A program made the translations under genes and the position numbers. A DNA stretch of 64,000 nt, from NCBI GenBank assembly GCA_965112155.1, contig OZ218110.1. One strand, given 5' to 3'. The stretch is from Podarcis liolepis. Taxonomy: Eukaryota. Under the pieces are notes generated by a model, which worked only from the letters and a program-made list of their open reading frames with translations, did not search any database and was not told the DNA's origin. Positions 1-12,104 of the stretch are shown here, one piece after another. How positions within the stretch are numbered: position 1 is the first letter of the stretch; each line of letters opens with the position of its first letter.

Positions 1-159
1 TTTTGACAAGCCTACTCAGATGCTTAGAAAGCTGATGTAATTTTAATCTGTTTCAGTATTTTAACTGTTATATGTTTTAAAGTAGGGCTGCATATTTTCC
101 TGATTTTATCGCTTTACCTTTTTGTGAACCGCTTTGAGGGTGTGTCCCCCCCATCAAGT

Positions 160-237
160 AATAATAATAATGATTTATAATAATAATTTATTATTTACAC
201 CCCGCCTATTTGGCTGGGTTTTCCCAGCTACTCTGTG
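160..237 (-). mobile_element. L2 3' tail fragment
   Basis: tttacaccccgcctatttggctggg...ccagctactctg. Confidence 0.7.
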
Positions 238-644
238 GTGTATTGATTTTATTAAATGAACATAAATAAACACCTTTCCTCCCACCTTAAAATCAGTTCT
301 CCACAATTCCGCATCAGTATACAATTCTTCTTTAAGCCCTCACGAAAATTCACCAGCACTTTAGAGCAAATTCCTTGTAATATACACATTTGGTGTGCGC
401 GCCATTTTGCCTAATCTACTCATTTCTTGCAAAGCGATGGCCCCAGAGAGAATGCATTTCATTCTGCTTATTTTCACTAAGATTTGCATTTTTGTGCACG
501 CTTTCTTGTATGCATTTTTGGACCCCTTACTTGGCCGGAGAATTGAGTTGCGGCCTTCGGAGAAGTGTGAGTTTTGGAGGACAGTTGTGCTTTAGGTTTG
601 CAAATTGTTTCAGAAAGTGCAAATGTGGGAGAACTGTATTACAC

Positions 645-734
645 CATAGCTGTCAACTTTTCCCTTTTTTAAAGGGAAATCCCCTTATTCCGAATAGGAT
701 TCCTCGCAAGAAAAGGGAAAAGTTGACAGCTATG
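645..734. mobile_element. 90-bp palindromic hAT-type MITE
   Basis: 24-bp perfect TIR catagctgtcaacttttccctttt; 8-bp near-TSD tattacac/tatcatac. Confidence 0.8.
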
Positions 735-2309
735 TATCATACCTTTGCATGTGCAATGAATCTATTTCTTCCACATCCCTGGGTGGTGGTGCTGCTGCTG
801 CAGGCATCAGGATCCTCTTTTTCCTGTGGCAACAAAATGGTTTTGGATTGCCTTAGTATTGTGTTCCTGAGCTCCGGAGATCTTAGCAGGCATTGTCCAC
901 ACGCCTTTAAGCCTACCTGATCTAAGGCGTGCCCTGCAAAATACCAGGCTACTTATGTGGAACAGGCACTTAAGTGGCAGGCCAGCCCCAGAGAGCCAGC
1001 TTGCGTCTGCGTACGATGATCTTTAACCACCGTTACAACAGTGCCAGCCCGTCATCGGCACGAACACAGCCATGACTCATCTGACAAGTTGATCTCGTGT
1101 TACTGGAGCGCGGCGACTTAGCGGCTTAGCTGTTCACTTGGTGGTTTCGTCCAAGCAGATCCTCCGAGGTTCAGGCTACTCCGTTTCACCACTTCTATTG
1201 TGGGAAAAAATTAACAAGACGTGTTACTTCTCCCCTTTTGCACAACACGCCCTTTTGCAGCAAGACATTCTGTCTTTGCCGCTAATTACTGTTAATTAAA
1301 ACCTGCCATGAGAATTTGGGCACCTGTTGAAAACCCAAAATGGCTTTGAATGGGAGGGGGAATTAAAACCTTGCCACAATCAAGGTGGTTACACTGCAGA
1401 GGCATGCAAATCCTTGATTTCTGCTCAATGGCAGCACATCCGCTTTCCAATTAGAATCAGAATCATAGAACCATGGAATCGTAGAGTTTGAAGGGGTCTC
1501 TGGGTCCATCTAGTCCAACCCCCTGCATCCTGCCCACAGCCATCCCGGTGTGGCAGGGGGCTTGAACCACCAACCTTCTGGTTAATAGCCAGGTGCACTG
1601 ACTTAGTGTTGCCAGTTCAGTCCCCAGAAGCTCCAGGTAGGCCTGGGACCTCTGCAGGGCTGAACCCTGGAGAGCTTCTGCCAATCAGTGCAGATAATAT
1701 TAAGCTTGATGGACCAATGGCCTGACTCAGTACAAAGCAGCGTCCTATCTTTGTAGAAGACAAGCTGTTGTTTTCAGTCTAGGATTGTAAGATGGACGCA
1801 AGTTATTCGTTTCATTATAAGAGCGTCAAACTGAAAGCACAGAAGAAAATTGGGCAGTGAGGCGGGGGGTGGGGGTGGGGGTGGGAGAGAAGCATGTTAC
1901 AATTTTTCGGTAATAAGATCACCAATCAAATTGCACCCTTTTCCCTAATAATCTGTCTCTGTGCAATAAGGTTTGGCTGTCTTTTGCTGGAAGCATGAGT
2001 CTTGCTCGTTGGAGGCTTCAAAAATCAATTTCTCTGGCCAGAGAAACAAAGCACAAAAATACCTTTGCGAGAGAATTGTATCCGGCAGGCTGAATTTAAG
2101 GCAAAGGGCCTGAGACCGTGGCATTGAGACCGTGGCTTGGCTCGTGGATAGCTGGAGGTTGCTTCCGCCTCCCTTAAAGTTTATATGAGCATGTGCAAAA
2201 TGCCTTGCATAGAAAGGGCAACTACCATCCTATATGATATACAACTGAATCTAGGATTAAAAAACCCCTACGCACTATAACCTCCAGGCAGGTTTAGGAA
2301 TCTGCAATA

Positions 2310-2569
2310 CAGTCATACCTCATGTTACATTTGCTTCATGTTACGTTTTTTCAGGTTGTGTCCCACAGTGACCCGGAAATGCCAGAATGGGTTACTTCCG
2401 GGTTTCGCCACTCGTGCATGCACAGACACGCAAAATAATGTCATGCGCATGCGTAGAAGCGGCGAATAGCATCCCGCGTGTGAGCAGACGCGCAGCTGTG
2501 GGTTGCATTCCTTTCATGTTGCCAATGGGCCTCCGGAACGGATCCCGTTCGCAACCAGAGGTACCATTG
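2310..2569. mobile_element. Tc1/mariner (pogo/Tigger-like) MITE
   Basis: TA|cagtcatacct ... aggtaccattg|TA. Confidence 0.8.
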
Positions 2570-2654
2570 TACTCAGTTTAGAAATTAAGCTGTTTTCCCC
2601 TTGGAGACTCAGAGCTGTATCCATCCAGGCACTGATTTATCAATATACTGGGAT

Positions 2655-3104
2655 CAAGGCCGGCTTACCCATAGGCGCTAGGGTTGCGGGGCACCCGGGC
2701 TCTGGGCTCTCAGGGGATCCAGGCCTAGAGTCTGGAGCTGAGATTTGGAGTCCGGGGAGTGAAGAGCCAGGCCAGCCAAACAGCCGCTGTCGAGCGGAGC
2801 AGAGCCTGTCAGAGCACCGCAGGCTTTTCTGCTGTGGGTGCTGAGGCAGCTGGCCAGCTCTGCCCTCCTGCGTCCCTGGAATTAGTGGGCCATTGAGAGG
2901 CCTGCCCAGCGCGCACACACTGCTCACACAGCTTTCCTCCCAAGCCTCTGCAGGGATTGCTCTCCTCCCTCCACCCGCAGTGGCATGGGAGAGAGTTGCG
3001 TACCCCTCCAAAAAAGCTCAACAACTTTAGCCTCCCCCTCAAAAAATTGGGGGCGCTGGGCAGTTTTTTGCACCCCAGTGCCGCATATGCTAAAGACGGC
3101 CCTG
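2655..3104. mobile_element. GC-rich hAT-like non-autonomous element
   Basis: caaggccggctt ... aagacggccctg TIR-like ends; no TSD. Confidence 0.5.
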
Positions 3105-3204
3105 ATGAGAGGGAGAACGTTGGCAGCTTCTTGTTTGAGAGGAACACATAGGCAAAGATCTAACAGAGACACAACTGCTTCTCCACCCTCTGTAGAGGGT
3201 GACA

Positions 3205-3378
3205 TACAGAGACCAGCAGTCCACCCAGCTTAATACTGTCCACACTGACTGGCAGCAGCTTTCCAGAGTTTCAGGCAAGGGACTTTCCCAACCCCACCTG
3301 GAGATGCCAGGAATTGAACCAGGAACCTTCTGCATGCAAAACAAAAATGATTTAGTGCTAAGCTACAAACCTTCCCCC
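3205..3378 (-). mobile_element. tRNA-derived squamate SINE (related piece ~1610-1750 +; CR1-tailed SINE ~1452-1600 -)
   Basis: Minus strand reads gtagctta...tgcatgcagaaggttcctggttcaattcctggcatctcc (B box). Confidence 0.7.
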
Positions 3379-4051
3379 AAATTAAGCCACGCAACCCTCT
3401 GCAGTGTTTCCCACGTGAATCTGCACTTTGATCTCGGCCAAGTTCACATAACTGGTTTCAGCCCCAATGGCAAAGCTAACTAACTGAATGCCAATGGAGA
3501 GAGAGAGAGAGATGCACATTGCAATCGTCGTAAGAGTCCTTCGGTTCTTTGTAATTTTATCATTTGTTCTTAATGCCTTTCCACCCAAGTGGACGCTTTG
3601 AGGTTCCTCCAGATTCATTTGAATGAAGGTCCTAAACAAAGTTCAGTCCATGCATGGCAAATGATGTTCCGATTTATGCACTGAAGACACAAGATAACGA
3701 CGAAAGCATGTTGCAACACGGCAACCTGTGCATTGGGTGGAGAGCATGCTCAAGGGACTTGGATGGTGTGGATTTTAACCCTCTCCGGGAGCCAAGTCCT
3801 CCTGGGGATTTCACATCGGAACACACAAGCTCTGTAAGTTACCGCGGGCAATGTTACAGAAAATCATTTACTCCACACCCAATCGCTAAGCGAGCAGGTG
3901 TGCAAAACTGTGGAGCCTGGGCTTAGAGGCTCTTAAATGAAAGAAAAAAAATATGAAAACCATGAAGGAGCATTTTAAAGCATCATAAGCGACTTGAGAC
4001 ACCAGGGCCAGCTGCCAACAGCAGAGAAGCAGTGTGGTGCAATGGTTAGAG

Positions 4052-4172
4052 CAGGCTTCACCAGCCCGGTGCCTCCAGATGTCTTGGACTACAAATCTCA
4101 TCGGCTCTGACTAGCATGTGCTGGTATGAGTTGTAGAGCAAAGTGTCAAGGACACCAGATTGGCAAAGGCTG
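4052..4172. mobile_element. Palindromic hAT MITE inserted in a tRNA-derived SINE (~4024-4330)
   Basis: Perfect TSD ggttagag (4044-4051 and 4173-4180). Confidence 0.8.
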
Positions 4173-5145
4173 GGTTAGAGCACCAGGCGACGACTGAAGA
4201 GGGCCAGCTTCAAATCCTTGCTTAGCCATGGAGCTTACAGGGTGATCTTAGTCCAGTTCCTCCTTTTTCTCTGCCTGACCTACCTCACAGGGTGGTTGTG
4301 AGGATTAAGTGAGGGGGACCAGGTTTGTTGCCTTGAGCTTGCAAGGAAAAGCAGGGCATAAAATAAGTGTTCAATATGCTCATCTCTCTGGGGGAGAAGT
4401 GGTATGTCCTTAACGAGTTTTGCAGGTTCTCTAGATGGTTGTCCATGTTGGTACAGAGGCCACAAACTTGCTGGTTCCCTGGGGCTCATGTTCCATGCCC
4501 CCCCCCCCGATGCCACCTGACAGTCTGACCCACATCTCATTCTCAAGATTCCCTGCCAAAGCTCTGATGTATTTGCAACCAACCAAGAAAGAACTAAATC
4601 TTCCCAGCACAGCAAAGACTGGCCAGCAGTCGTCTCTACAGGTGCAGGGGTGCATCACTAGGGCAGCCCTGAATATTCTTCCATTTGGATTTTTTTGGGG
4701 TGGGTGGGGGGAATGAAAACCGCCTTTTCATGGGAACTTCAACTGAGAGATTAAATTTATTTTTTGATCTTGCTCGCTGCCGTGGTTTTCCCAATCTGTT
4801 GTTGGTTTGGGACCATTTCCCTTCAAAGTTACTGCTTCCTGGATTATTCCCGTATAAGCAGTCTTGCCCGTCAAGTATGACTGTGTTACAAGAGGGCGAG
4901 GTGAGTGCATTGCAGATTTGGTTAACTGATGAGACCAGTGAAGGCAAACTGAGGAGGGAGGCATATAAACTGTTCTGGTAAATGTACAGTCAAGCATTTG
5001 CCAAAAAGGAGGAAGAAACTGCCCTCCCCAAATCCCCAAAGTAGCTTCCTGCTGAGCAAGCTACTAGGTTTCTTACTTATTTTTACATTCATATCTTCCC
5101 TTTCAAGGTGGCATATATGTTTTTCCCTCTCCCTATTACAGCTTT

Positions 5146-5495
5146 GGGACGCGGGTGGCGCTGTGGGTTAAACCACAGGGCCTAGGACCTGCCGATCAGA
5201 AGGTTGGCGGCTCGAATCCCCGCGACAGCGTGAGCTCCCATTGCTCAGTCCCTGCTCCTGCCAACCTAGCAGTTCGAAAGCACATCAAAGTGCAAGTAGA
5301 TAAATAGGTACTGCTCTGGCGGGAAGGTAAACGGCGTTTCCGTGCGCTGCTCTGGTTCGCCAGAAGCGGCTTAGTCATGCTGGCCACGTGACCTGGAAGC
5401 TATACGCCAGCTCCCTCGGCCAATAAAGCGAGATGAGCGCCGCAACCCCAGTCGGCCATGACTGGACCTAATTGTCAGGGGTCCTTTTACCTTTA
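5146..5495 (+). mobile_element. Sauria SINE, full length
   Basis: gggacgcgggtggcgctgtgg head with tRNA-like A/B boxes, tttaccttta tail, near-TSD attacagctt/attatagctt. Confidence 0.9.
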
Positions 5496-5702
5496 TTATA
5501 GCTTCACAACTCCCTTGTGAGGTAGGCTGAGAGATGGTCATGGGGCAGAATGTGGATTTGAAGCCAGGTCTCCCAGGCTGCGTACATACCATACCTTTCA
5601 AGCACCCCTCCCCGCGAAGACCCCTGGGAACTATAGCTCTGTGAAGGGGTTAACTATAATTCCCATGCTTCTTTGGGGATGATGTGCTTTCAATGTGTTG
5701 TA

Positions 5703-5917
5703 CAGTCAGATCTTGGTTCTTGAACGTTTTGGCTCCCGAATGCCTCAAACCCGAAAGTGAGTGTTCCGGTTTGCGAACGTGGTTTGGAAGCCGAAGGTCC
5801 GTCGCGAATTCCGATTGGTGCAGGAAGCTCCTGCAGCCAATTGGAAGCTGCGTCTTGGTTTTCGAACGTTGAACAGACTTCTGGAATGGATTCCGTTTGA
5901 GAACCAAGGTACGACTG
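5703..5917. mobile_element. Tc1/mariner MITE
   Basis: TA|cagtcagatcttggttct ... agaaccaaggtacgactg|TA. Confidence 0.85.
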
Positions 5918-6059
5918 TACAGGCATGTTGGAAGGAGTTCAAGCTTTTTTTAAAAAAAGATGGTTCTCTTCAGAGGTCTATTTCCCCTCCTTGGGGGGTG
6001 GGGAACCAGTGCTTTAAACAAATGTGTTTGAGACAAGTACAGACCGCTACCACTTTTCC

Positions 6060-7576
6060 ATTTTCTTAAAACATGTTTTAGTTTATTACGTGAAAAACCA
6101 TTTAAAACAGAACAAAGAGAGTTGTTTGAAAAACAAAACAAAACAAAACCCACCATAAATTCTTAAACCAACAACGGATTAGGAGACACTCACAAAAAGA
6201 CTGGCGTTGCCTTCCCTTAAAGTTACTAATTTATTTTTTAATCCTCTGAGAAGACGTCTGTGGAGGGCAACCCTGAAGCAGAATTCTCAGACAGCCTGCG
6301 TTTAACAAGGAAAACAAATAACTTGGTGGCGCTGTAAGGGATCCTAAGAGCTCGCTGCAACCCCAAAGAGCTGTTTGACGTGAATTGCTTGCATGGTGCC
6401 GTGGTAATACAGCGCAGCGTGGGAGGGGAAACGCTCTGACAAGCTTCAAACAACTGCCTTGGATTGTGTTCCACTACCGCCTTTGCATCAAATCGTTCTC
6501 AGGAAAGGGATCAAGGAGCATCAAAATGGCGGTGATGTGAATCCCTCAAGGATCCCACATTGCTCCACAGAGCTCCAAGACTTAATGAAGCTGTATAATG
6601 CAGTTGCATTTTCAGTGGGAATGGTCTTAATCACCATGTGCCTGGGGAGAAACTGCATTCTGGTTAAAGGCCTTTCTCACATTTCAGACTTCTGAAATAT
6701 TACATTTATCTCCCCCCCCCCCCCCAGCGTTGGAAAGTCAGATTTTCTTTTACAGACAATGAAAAAGTGGAACGTTAAGAGCAAAGAAGGTGTCCTGCGA
6801 TTGTAGCTCTTATCCAAATCTTTCCATGCAAAGTTGTATAAGGATTTCCCTAACAAGTTCTTTTAAAAAAAACTAGTTTAAAACTATGAGGTGTGTGGTG
6901 TTTTTAAAAAAGTATTTTGGGTAGAGAGGAAATAAAACAAGAAGGGGTTTAAAAATAAGCTCAGAAATGCAGTTTTGTGGAACAGGAAACTTCCTTTCTT
7001 CACAAAAACGAATGGCAATTTAATTTTGCAGGAAGGAAATTTGTGCTTTTCACTGATAACCAATTTTTAATTATATCTGAAAGGAATGGACGTCTGGAGT
7101 ATCAGTTCCACGCACAATTTTAAATAATGTGAAAGAGGGAGAGTGAATTTGGCAGAACTTATACCTTAATTAGCTGATTCGAAGTTGCCAAGGGATTATT
7201 CAGATATGTGGATGCTTCTCTAAAACGCTCTATAACTTTTCCCTGGAAAGAGGGCATAAGGAAAATTTAAAAAAGCAAATCATAGAGTAAAATTGCTTCC
7301 TTGAGAGAGAAGAGTGATGCTGCTGTTGTGGATTATGATGCACCTGCGAGCTGTGATCTGCTTCTGTGCCAACTGATCGCTCTAAATCCATTATGACCCC
7401 TGGATATCGGATGTCACAAAAAGTTAAAATGCCCAGTAACCATTTGGTGGTGACCAACATACAAAACATGAAACGATACCAAGAGGAGCCTACATACCAC
7501 CTCTTTTCTTTCCCATGCTGTTAATCTTTTGTTTTTGTTTTTAAAAAAGGGAGATGCATGAAAAGTAGCTAAAAAT
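6060..7576 (-). other. SMARCE1: SMARCE1 3' UTR (~1.5 kb)
   Basis: Essentially TE-free, U-rich transcript strand; ends after an AATAAA. Confidence 0.7.
6082..6087 (-). terminator. Poly(A) signal AATAAA for SMARCE1 (second candidate at 6230-6235)
   Basis: tttatt on the + strand, followed on the transcript strand by a GU-rich stretch (gtctgtacttgtct). Confidence 0.65.
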
Positions 7577-7788
7577 TTATTCTTTCTTTTCACTGTCTTC
7601 CGGAACCACCGGGTCAGCTGGCGGTTCTTCGACCATGGCGCTGTTGCTTTCGGAACCAGTGTTGCTGTCGCTCGTTCCTTCCTCTGCCATGCTTTCGACT
7701 CCTTCCTGGCCACTCTCCTTGTCTTCCGGAGTGGATGTCCCTTCACCGTTTTGCTGGCTCTCAATGGTTTCTTCCGCAGGAGGCTCCT
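7577..7788 (-). CDS. SMARCE1: SMARCE1 exon 11 coding part (acidic tail [17 protein letters not shown]...EDSEKKE*)
   Basis: ggcag|AG acceptor in phase 1; stop TAA at 7579-7577. Confidence 0.96.
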
Positions 7789-8630
7789 CTGCCATAGAAA
7801 CAAGTTTGTCAGTGAGATTTCCCCTCCTTTGAATTTAGAAAGCTTTTCAGGCACAACAATAGGTGTTCAAACAACGCATGGCGTGCCCAGAAAGAAAACA
7901 AAACAAAACAAAGCAACCCTGTCTTAAGAGTTGCTATGCATAAGATGGGCATTGTTTGTAGATTCTTGGGGCAATTGTTGGCTTGTAGAGCCTAGGTTGT
8001 GTAACAACCAAGTGCTGTATTTTTCGCTCCATAAGACGCCCCAGACCATAAGACGCCCCTAGTTTTTGGAGGAGGAAAACAAGAAAAAAAAAATTGCTGA
8101 ATCTCAGAAACCAGAACAACAAGAGGGATCGCTGCGCAGCAAAAGCAGCGATCCCTCTTGCTGTTCTGGCTTCTGGGATAGCTGCGCAGCCTGCATTCAC
8201 TCCATAAGACGCACACACATTTCCCCTTACTTTTTAGGAGGGAAAAAGGGGAATTAATATTCGGTAATTTGGCAGACTGGTTACTTAGCACAGGGATATG
8301 GCTCAGTAATCATATTAAACAAGGTATGGAAATTCAGAAACTGTTTTAATTGCAGTTTCCCCAAATCCTCCACCTTAAATTCCACCAGAATTGTTTGAAA
8401 CCTCCCTAGCTGGCCTGCTGCATGAACTCTAAATTCCCTTTACTGAAAATGTGCAGCCACCTCTCCAACCATTGGCCGGACTGCTATGATGTCATGGAAT
8501 GAGCATTCTGAAGGCTAGGATCTGCCAGTACAGGGGCTTAGGGGCAGAAAGGGCTGTGAATTGTTGCGAAGATGTGGGGGAAAGGTGAGGAGGCATCACC
8601 ATAGCCATGGTAATCAACTGCTGGGCTGAG

Positions 8631-8668
8631 CGAATGAATGAATGAATGAATGAATGAATGAATGAATG
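8631..8668. repeat. (GAAT)9 microsatellite
   Basis: Direct reading. Confidence 0.95.
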
Positions 8669-8910
8669 GAGAGTGTGCAGTACAATGGGGAACAGATTCA
8701 AGGAAGTCCAATTCCACACAAAAGCTTTCCCTTACTGAAATCTTAATCTTTCTTTGGGAGGTGTTGGCACAGCCTAGTTCTTGCCTTCCTTCTGCCCCAA
8801 ATTAAGCTGTGAGGACAATCAGGATGGCTGAGAGGCAGAAGTGCTTTTGTGGTCTGCACAAAAAGGGGCAATCCCTACCAACACCATCCCATCTAGCTCC
8901 AAGGAGTGCT

Positions 8911-8980
8911 AATAATAATAATAATAATAATAATAATTTATACCCCACCCATCTGGCTGGGTTTCCTCAACAATTCTGGC
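8911..8980 (-). mobile_element. L2 3' tail fragment, inverted, with (AAT)n
   Basis: (aat)9 + tttataccccacccatctggctggg is the reverse complement of the L2 end. Confidence 0.8.
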
Positions 8981-9082
8981 TGCAGGCCCTGCTGCCTGGC
9001 TGCATAACCCTTCCAAATGTATCTGAGTTATTATTCACATTCTTATTTAAATAACTTTTTAATTAGGCTTTATAATTAAAAG

Positions 9083-10343
9083 CGGGCTAGGAACAAAGGT
9101 GAGAGCTGTTTCCTAGTTCTGCGGGATCTCTCGGCGGCGTTTGATACCATCGACCATAGCATCCTTCTGGACCGTCTTGAGGGGCTGGGAGCTGGGGGCA
9201 CTGTCATACAGTGGTTCCGCTCCTTCCTCCTGGGCCGTGTTCAGCAAGTGGTGGTGGGGGATGAGTGTTCAGACCCCTGGGCTCTCACTTGTGGGGTGCC
9301 TCAGGGTTCTGTCCTCTCCCCCATGCTTTTCAACATTTACATGCAGCCGCTGGGAGAGATCATCAGGAGGTTTGGGCTGGGTGTTCATCAGTATGCGGAT
9401 GATACCCAGCTCTACCTCTCTTTTAAATCAGAACCAGTGAAGGCGGTGAAGGTCCTGCGTGAGTGTCTGGAGGCGGTTGGAGGATGGATGGCGGCTAACA
9501 GATTGAGGTTGAATCCTGACAAGACAGAAGTACTGTTTTTGGGGGACAGGAGGCGGGCAGGTGTGGAGGATTCCCTGGTCCTGAATGGGGTAACTGTGCC
9601 CCTGAAGGACCAGGTGCGCAGCCTGGGAGTCATTTTGGACTCACAGCTGTCCATGGAGGCACAGGTCAAATCTGTGTCCAGGGCAGCTGTTTACCAGCTC
9701 CATCTGGTACGTAGGCTGAGACCCTATCTGCCTGCGGACTGTCTCGCCAGAGTGGTGCATGCTCTGGTTATCTCCCGCTTGGACTACTGCAATGCACTCT
9801 ACGTGGGGCTACCTTTGAAGGTGACTCGGAAACTACAACTAATCCAGAATGCGGCAGCTAGACTGGTGACTGGGGGCGGCCGCCGAGACCATATAACACC
9901 GGTCTTGAAAGACCTACATTGGCTCCCAGTACGTTTCCGAGCACAATTCAAAGTGTTGGTGCTGACCTTTAAAGCCCTAAACGGCCTCGGTCCAGTATAC
10001 CTGAAGGAGTGTCTCCACCCCCATCATTCTGCCCGGACGCTGAGGTCCAGCGCCGAGGGCCTTCTGGTGGTTCCCTCATTGCGAGAAGCAAAGCTACAGG
10101 GAACCAGGCAGAGGGCCTTCTTGGTAGTGGCGCCCGCCCTGTGGAACGCCCTTCCAGCAGATGTCAAAGCGATAAACAACTACCTGACATTCAGAAGACA
10201 TCTTAAGGCAGCCCTGTTCAGGGAAGTTTTTAACGTATGATATTTTACTGTATTTTTGGTTTCTATGGAAGCCGCCCAGAGTGGCTGGGGAGGCCCAGCC
10301 AGATGGGCGGGGTATAAATAATAAATTATTATTATTATTATTA
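9083..10343 (+). mobile_element. 5'-truncated L2-clade LINE with an uninterrupted RT/C-terminal ORF
   Basis: Frame open 9083-10240: DLSAAFDTIDH, GVPQGSVLSP, YADDTQLY, LDYCN, HWLP. The 3' UTR ends gatgggcggggtataaat followed by an (ATT)n tail. Confidence 0.93.
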
Positions 10344-10721
10344 AGCATCACAGGAATAATAAATAATAGAAATAAACCGACCAAGTCTCATGGCATTTGT
10401 GTATCAGAAAAGGAGCATAATAACTTTGTAGTGCTATCTACACCATATGGTTCATTATTAGTGGTCAACGTGTAAGTTCCTGGTTTGTGTAGTGGTTTAA
10501 GCAAAAACAATAAAAAGGGGGAAACAGGACAGAATAGAATTAACATTCAACATCACATACCCAAACGCCTAATCAGGAGTCCTGGTGATGGTGCTTAGAT
10601 TAAGAATGAGCAATAGTCATTTTCCCTCTTATGTTACAAATGAAACAATATAACTGAGTTATGAGCCATGATGAAAGGAGCAGGCCTACTATTTCCCAGA
10701 GTTCATTCTTTCAGTCTTGGG

Positions 10722-10858
10722 AGCTCAGTTGGTGGAGCACAAGACCCTTAATCTCAGGGCTGTGGGTTCAAGCCCCATGTTGGGCAAAAGGTTCCAGCAT
10801 TACAGGGGGTTGGACTAGATGACTCTTGTGGCCCCTTCCAACTCTACACTTCTATGAC
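10722..10858 (+). mobile_element. tRNA-Lys(CTT)-derived SINE with a CR1-type tail (second copy ~44795-44910, minus)
   Basis: agctcagttggtggagca..cttaatctcaggg..gtgggttcaagcccca..ttgggc head, then ttggactagatg...ccttccaactcta tail. Confidence 0.8.
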
Positions 10859-11417
10859 GCTAGGATTTGGGGGGCTCTGCACTCTCTCCCAACAAGGAAA
10901 GCATGTAAGGAAATGCGGTTTCTCTATTCTATCCTTCACTGAGAGCTTTGTTTCCCCCTGGCTGCGGGGTGGCGTGGGAACTAGGTGTTACAAAGCCTCA
11001 ACGCCTACTAAGAGAAAAGGACCCTCAGAGGCAAACTTGTTTTCCATTGAACAATCAGCTGCTGAATATTGCTTTGGAGCAGCTCCACAGACCCAGAGGC
11101 ATAAATCGAGGAAGAAGCCCTGCTCTGGGCACCTCTTCTTCAAGGCTCTTGCCCAGCCTGACTGCACCAAGTTCGGGAAAGTTCTTCCTCTTTTTTCTTA
11201 CAGAAGAGGAGACTTTGTTCTGAATGAAAGGCTGGCTGTATCATAAATGGCAACGAAAGACAAGCCCTGGTTATTAAGTCACTGCAGAGTTCAGTCTTCC
11301 TCGCATCTGCGTCACCAGACGTGGCTGTAACCTGGTCCCTCGGTGATGCGCAAGACATGAAAAAGGGGAAGCCACTGGTTGATGGGGGAGCCTATTAAAA
11401 CTCAACTGCGCTACTCA

Positions 11418-11502
11418 AAGCTGTACGCTGGCTCCCTCGGTCAATAAAGCGAGATGAGCGCCACAACCCCAGAGTCGGTCATGACTCGACCTAATGGACA
11501 GG
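11418..11502 (+). mobile_element. Sauria SINE 3' fragment
   Basis: gctgtacgctggctccctcgg...agatgagcgccacaacccc. Confidence 0.8.
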
Positions 11503-11519
11503 GAGGGTGTTACTTGATA

Positions 11520-11749
11520 CAGTGGTACCTCAGGTTAAGAACTTAATTCGTTCCGGAGGGCCGTTCTTAACCTGAAACCGTTCTTAACCCGAGTACCCCT
11601 TTAGCTCATGGGGCCTCCCGCTGCCACCACACGATTTCTGTTCTCATCCTGAAGGAAAGTTCTTAACCCGAGGTACTACTTCTGGGTTAGCAGAGTCTGT
11701 AACCTGAAGCGTTTGTAACCTGAAGTGTCTGTAACCCGAGGTACCACTG
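11520..11749. mobile_element. Tc1/mariner MITE (truncated sibling at 52604-52832)
   Basis: TA|cagtggtacctcaggtta ... taacccgaggtaccactg|TA. Confidence 0.9.
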
Positions 11750-11893
11750 TACAGACTTCAGATCCTTTAAGAAAAGGCTCAGCTTAAAACATCAGCCCTT
11801 CTCCCTACCTCCGCTACATGCCCCCCTCATGCACCACTGCTGCTTCAAGGGAAGCCCCCCGCCCCCAAACACCTGGGCTTGCCACACGGTTAC

Positions 11894-12104
11894 CTGCTTC
11901 CATCGGAGTGCTCCCCTCTTCTTTCTTCTCCTCTGCCTTGCTGGCTGCTTGCTCCTCCTCGGCGCTTGTGCTGTTCTGATTGCGCTCGGCTTGCTCCGCG
12001 GCCTCCTTCTCCCTCTCCTCCTGCCGCTTGCGGGCCTGCTCCTCGGCCTGAGCGATTTCGGCCGCTATCTTCTCCATGTCCACCTCCACCTTCAGGCTGC
12101 ACAG
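11894..12104 (-). CDS. SMARCE1: SMARCE1 exon 10 (211 nt, [30 protein letters not shown]...TPMEA)
   Basis: cag|CTG ... GCAG|gtaacc; matches ORF 11814..12089. Confidence 0.97.

Noticed and set aside
390-920. 176-aa ORF
   Set aside because: Non-ATG start, runs through a MITE and repeat-like DNA, and shows no recognisable homology.
9248-10240. 330-aa reverse-transcriptase ORF as a host gene or retron-like system
   Set aside because: It is the 3' part of a 5'-truncated L2 LINE with its own tail, and sibling fragments occur in the window.
10722-10786. tRNA-Lys(CTT) gene
   Set aside because: The 5' acceptor strand is missing, stems are mismatched, there is no oligo-T terminator, and it is fused to a CR1 tail. 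It is a SINE.
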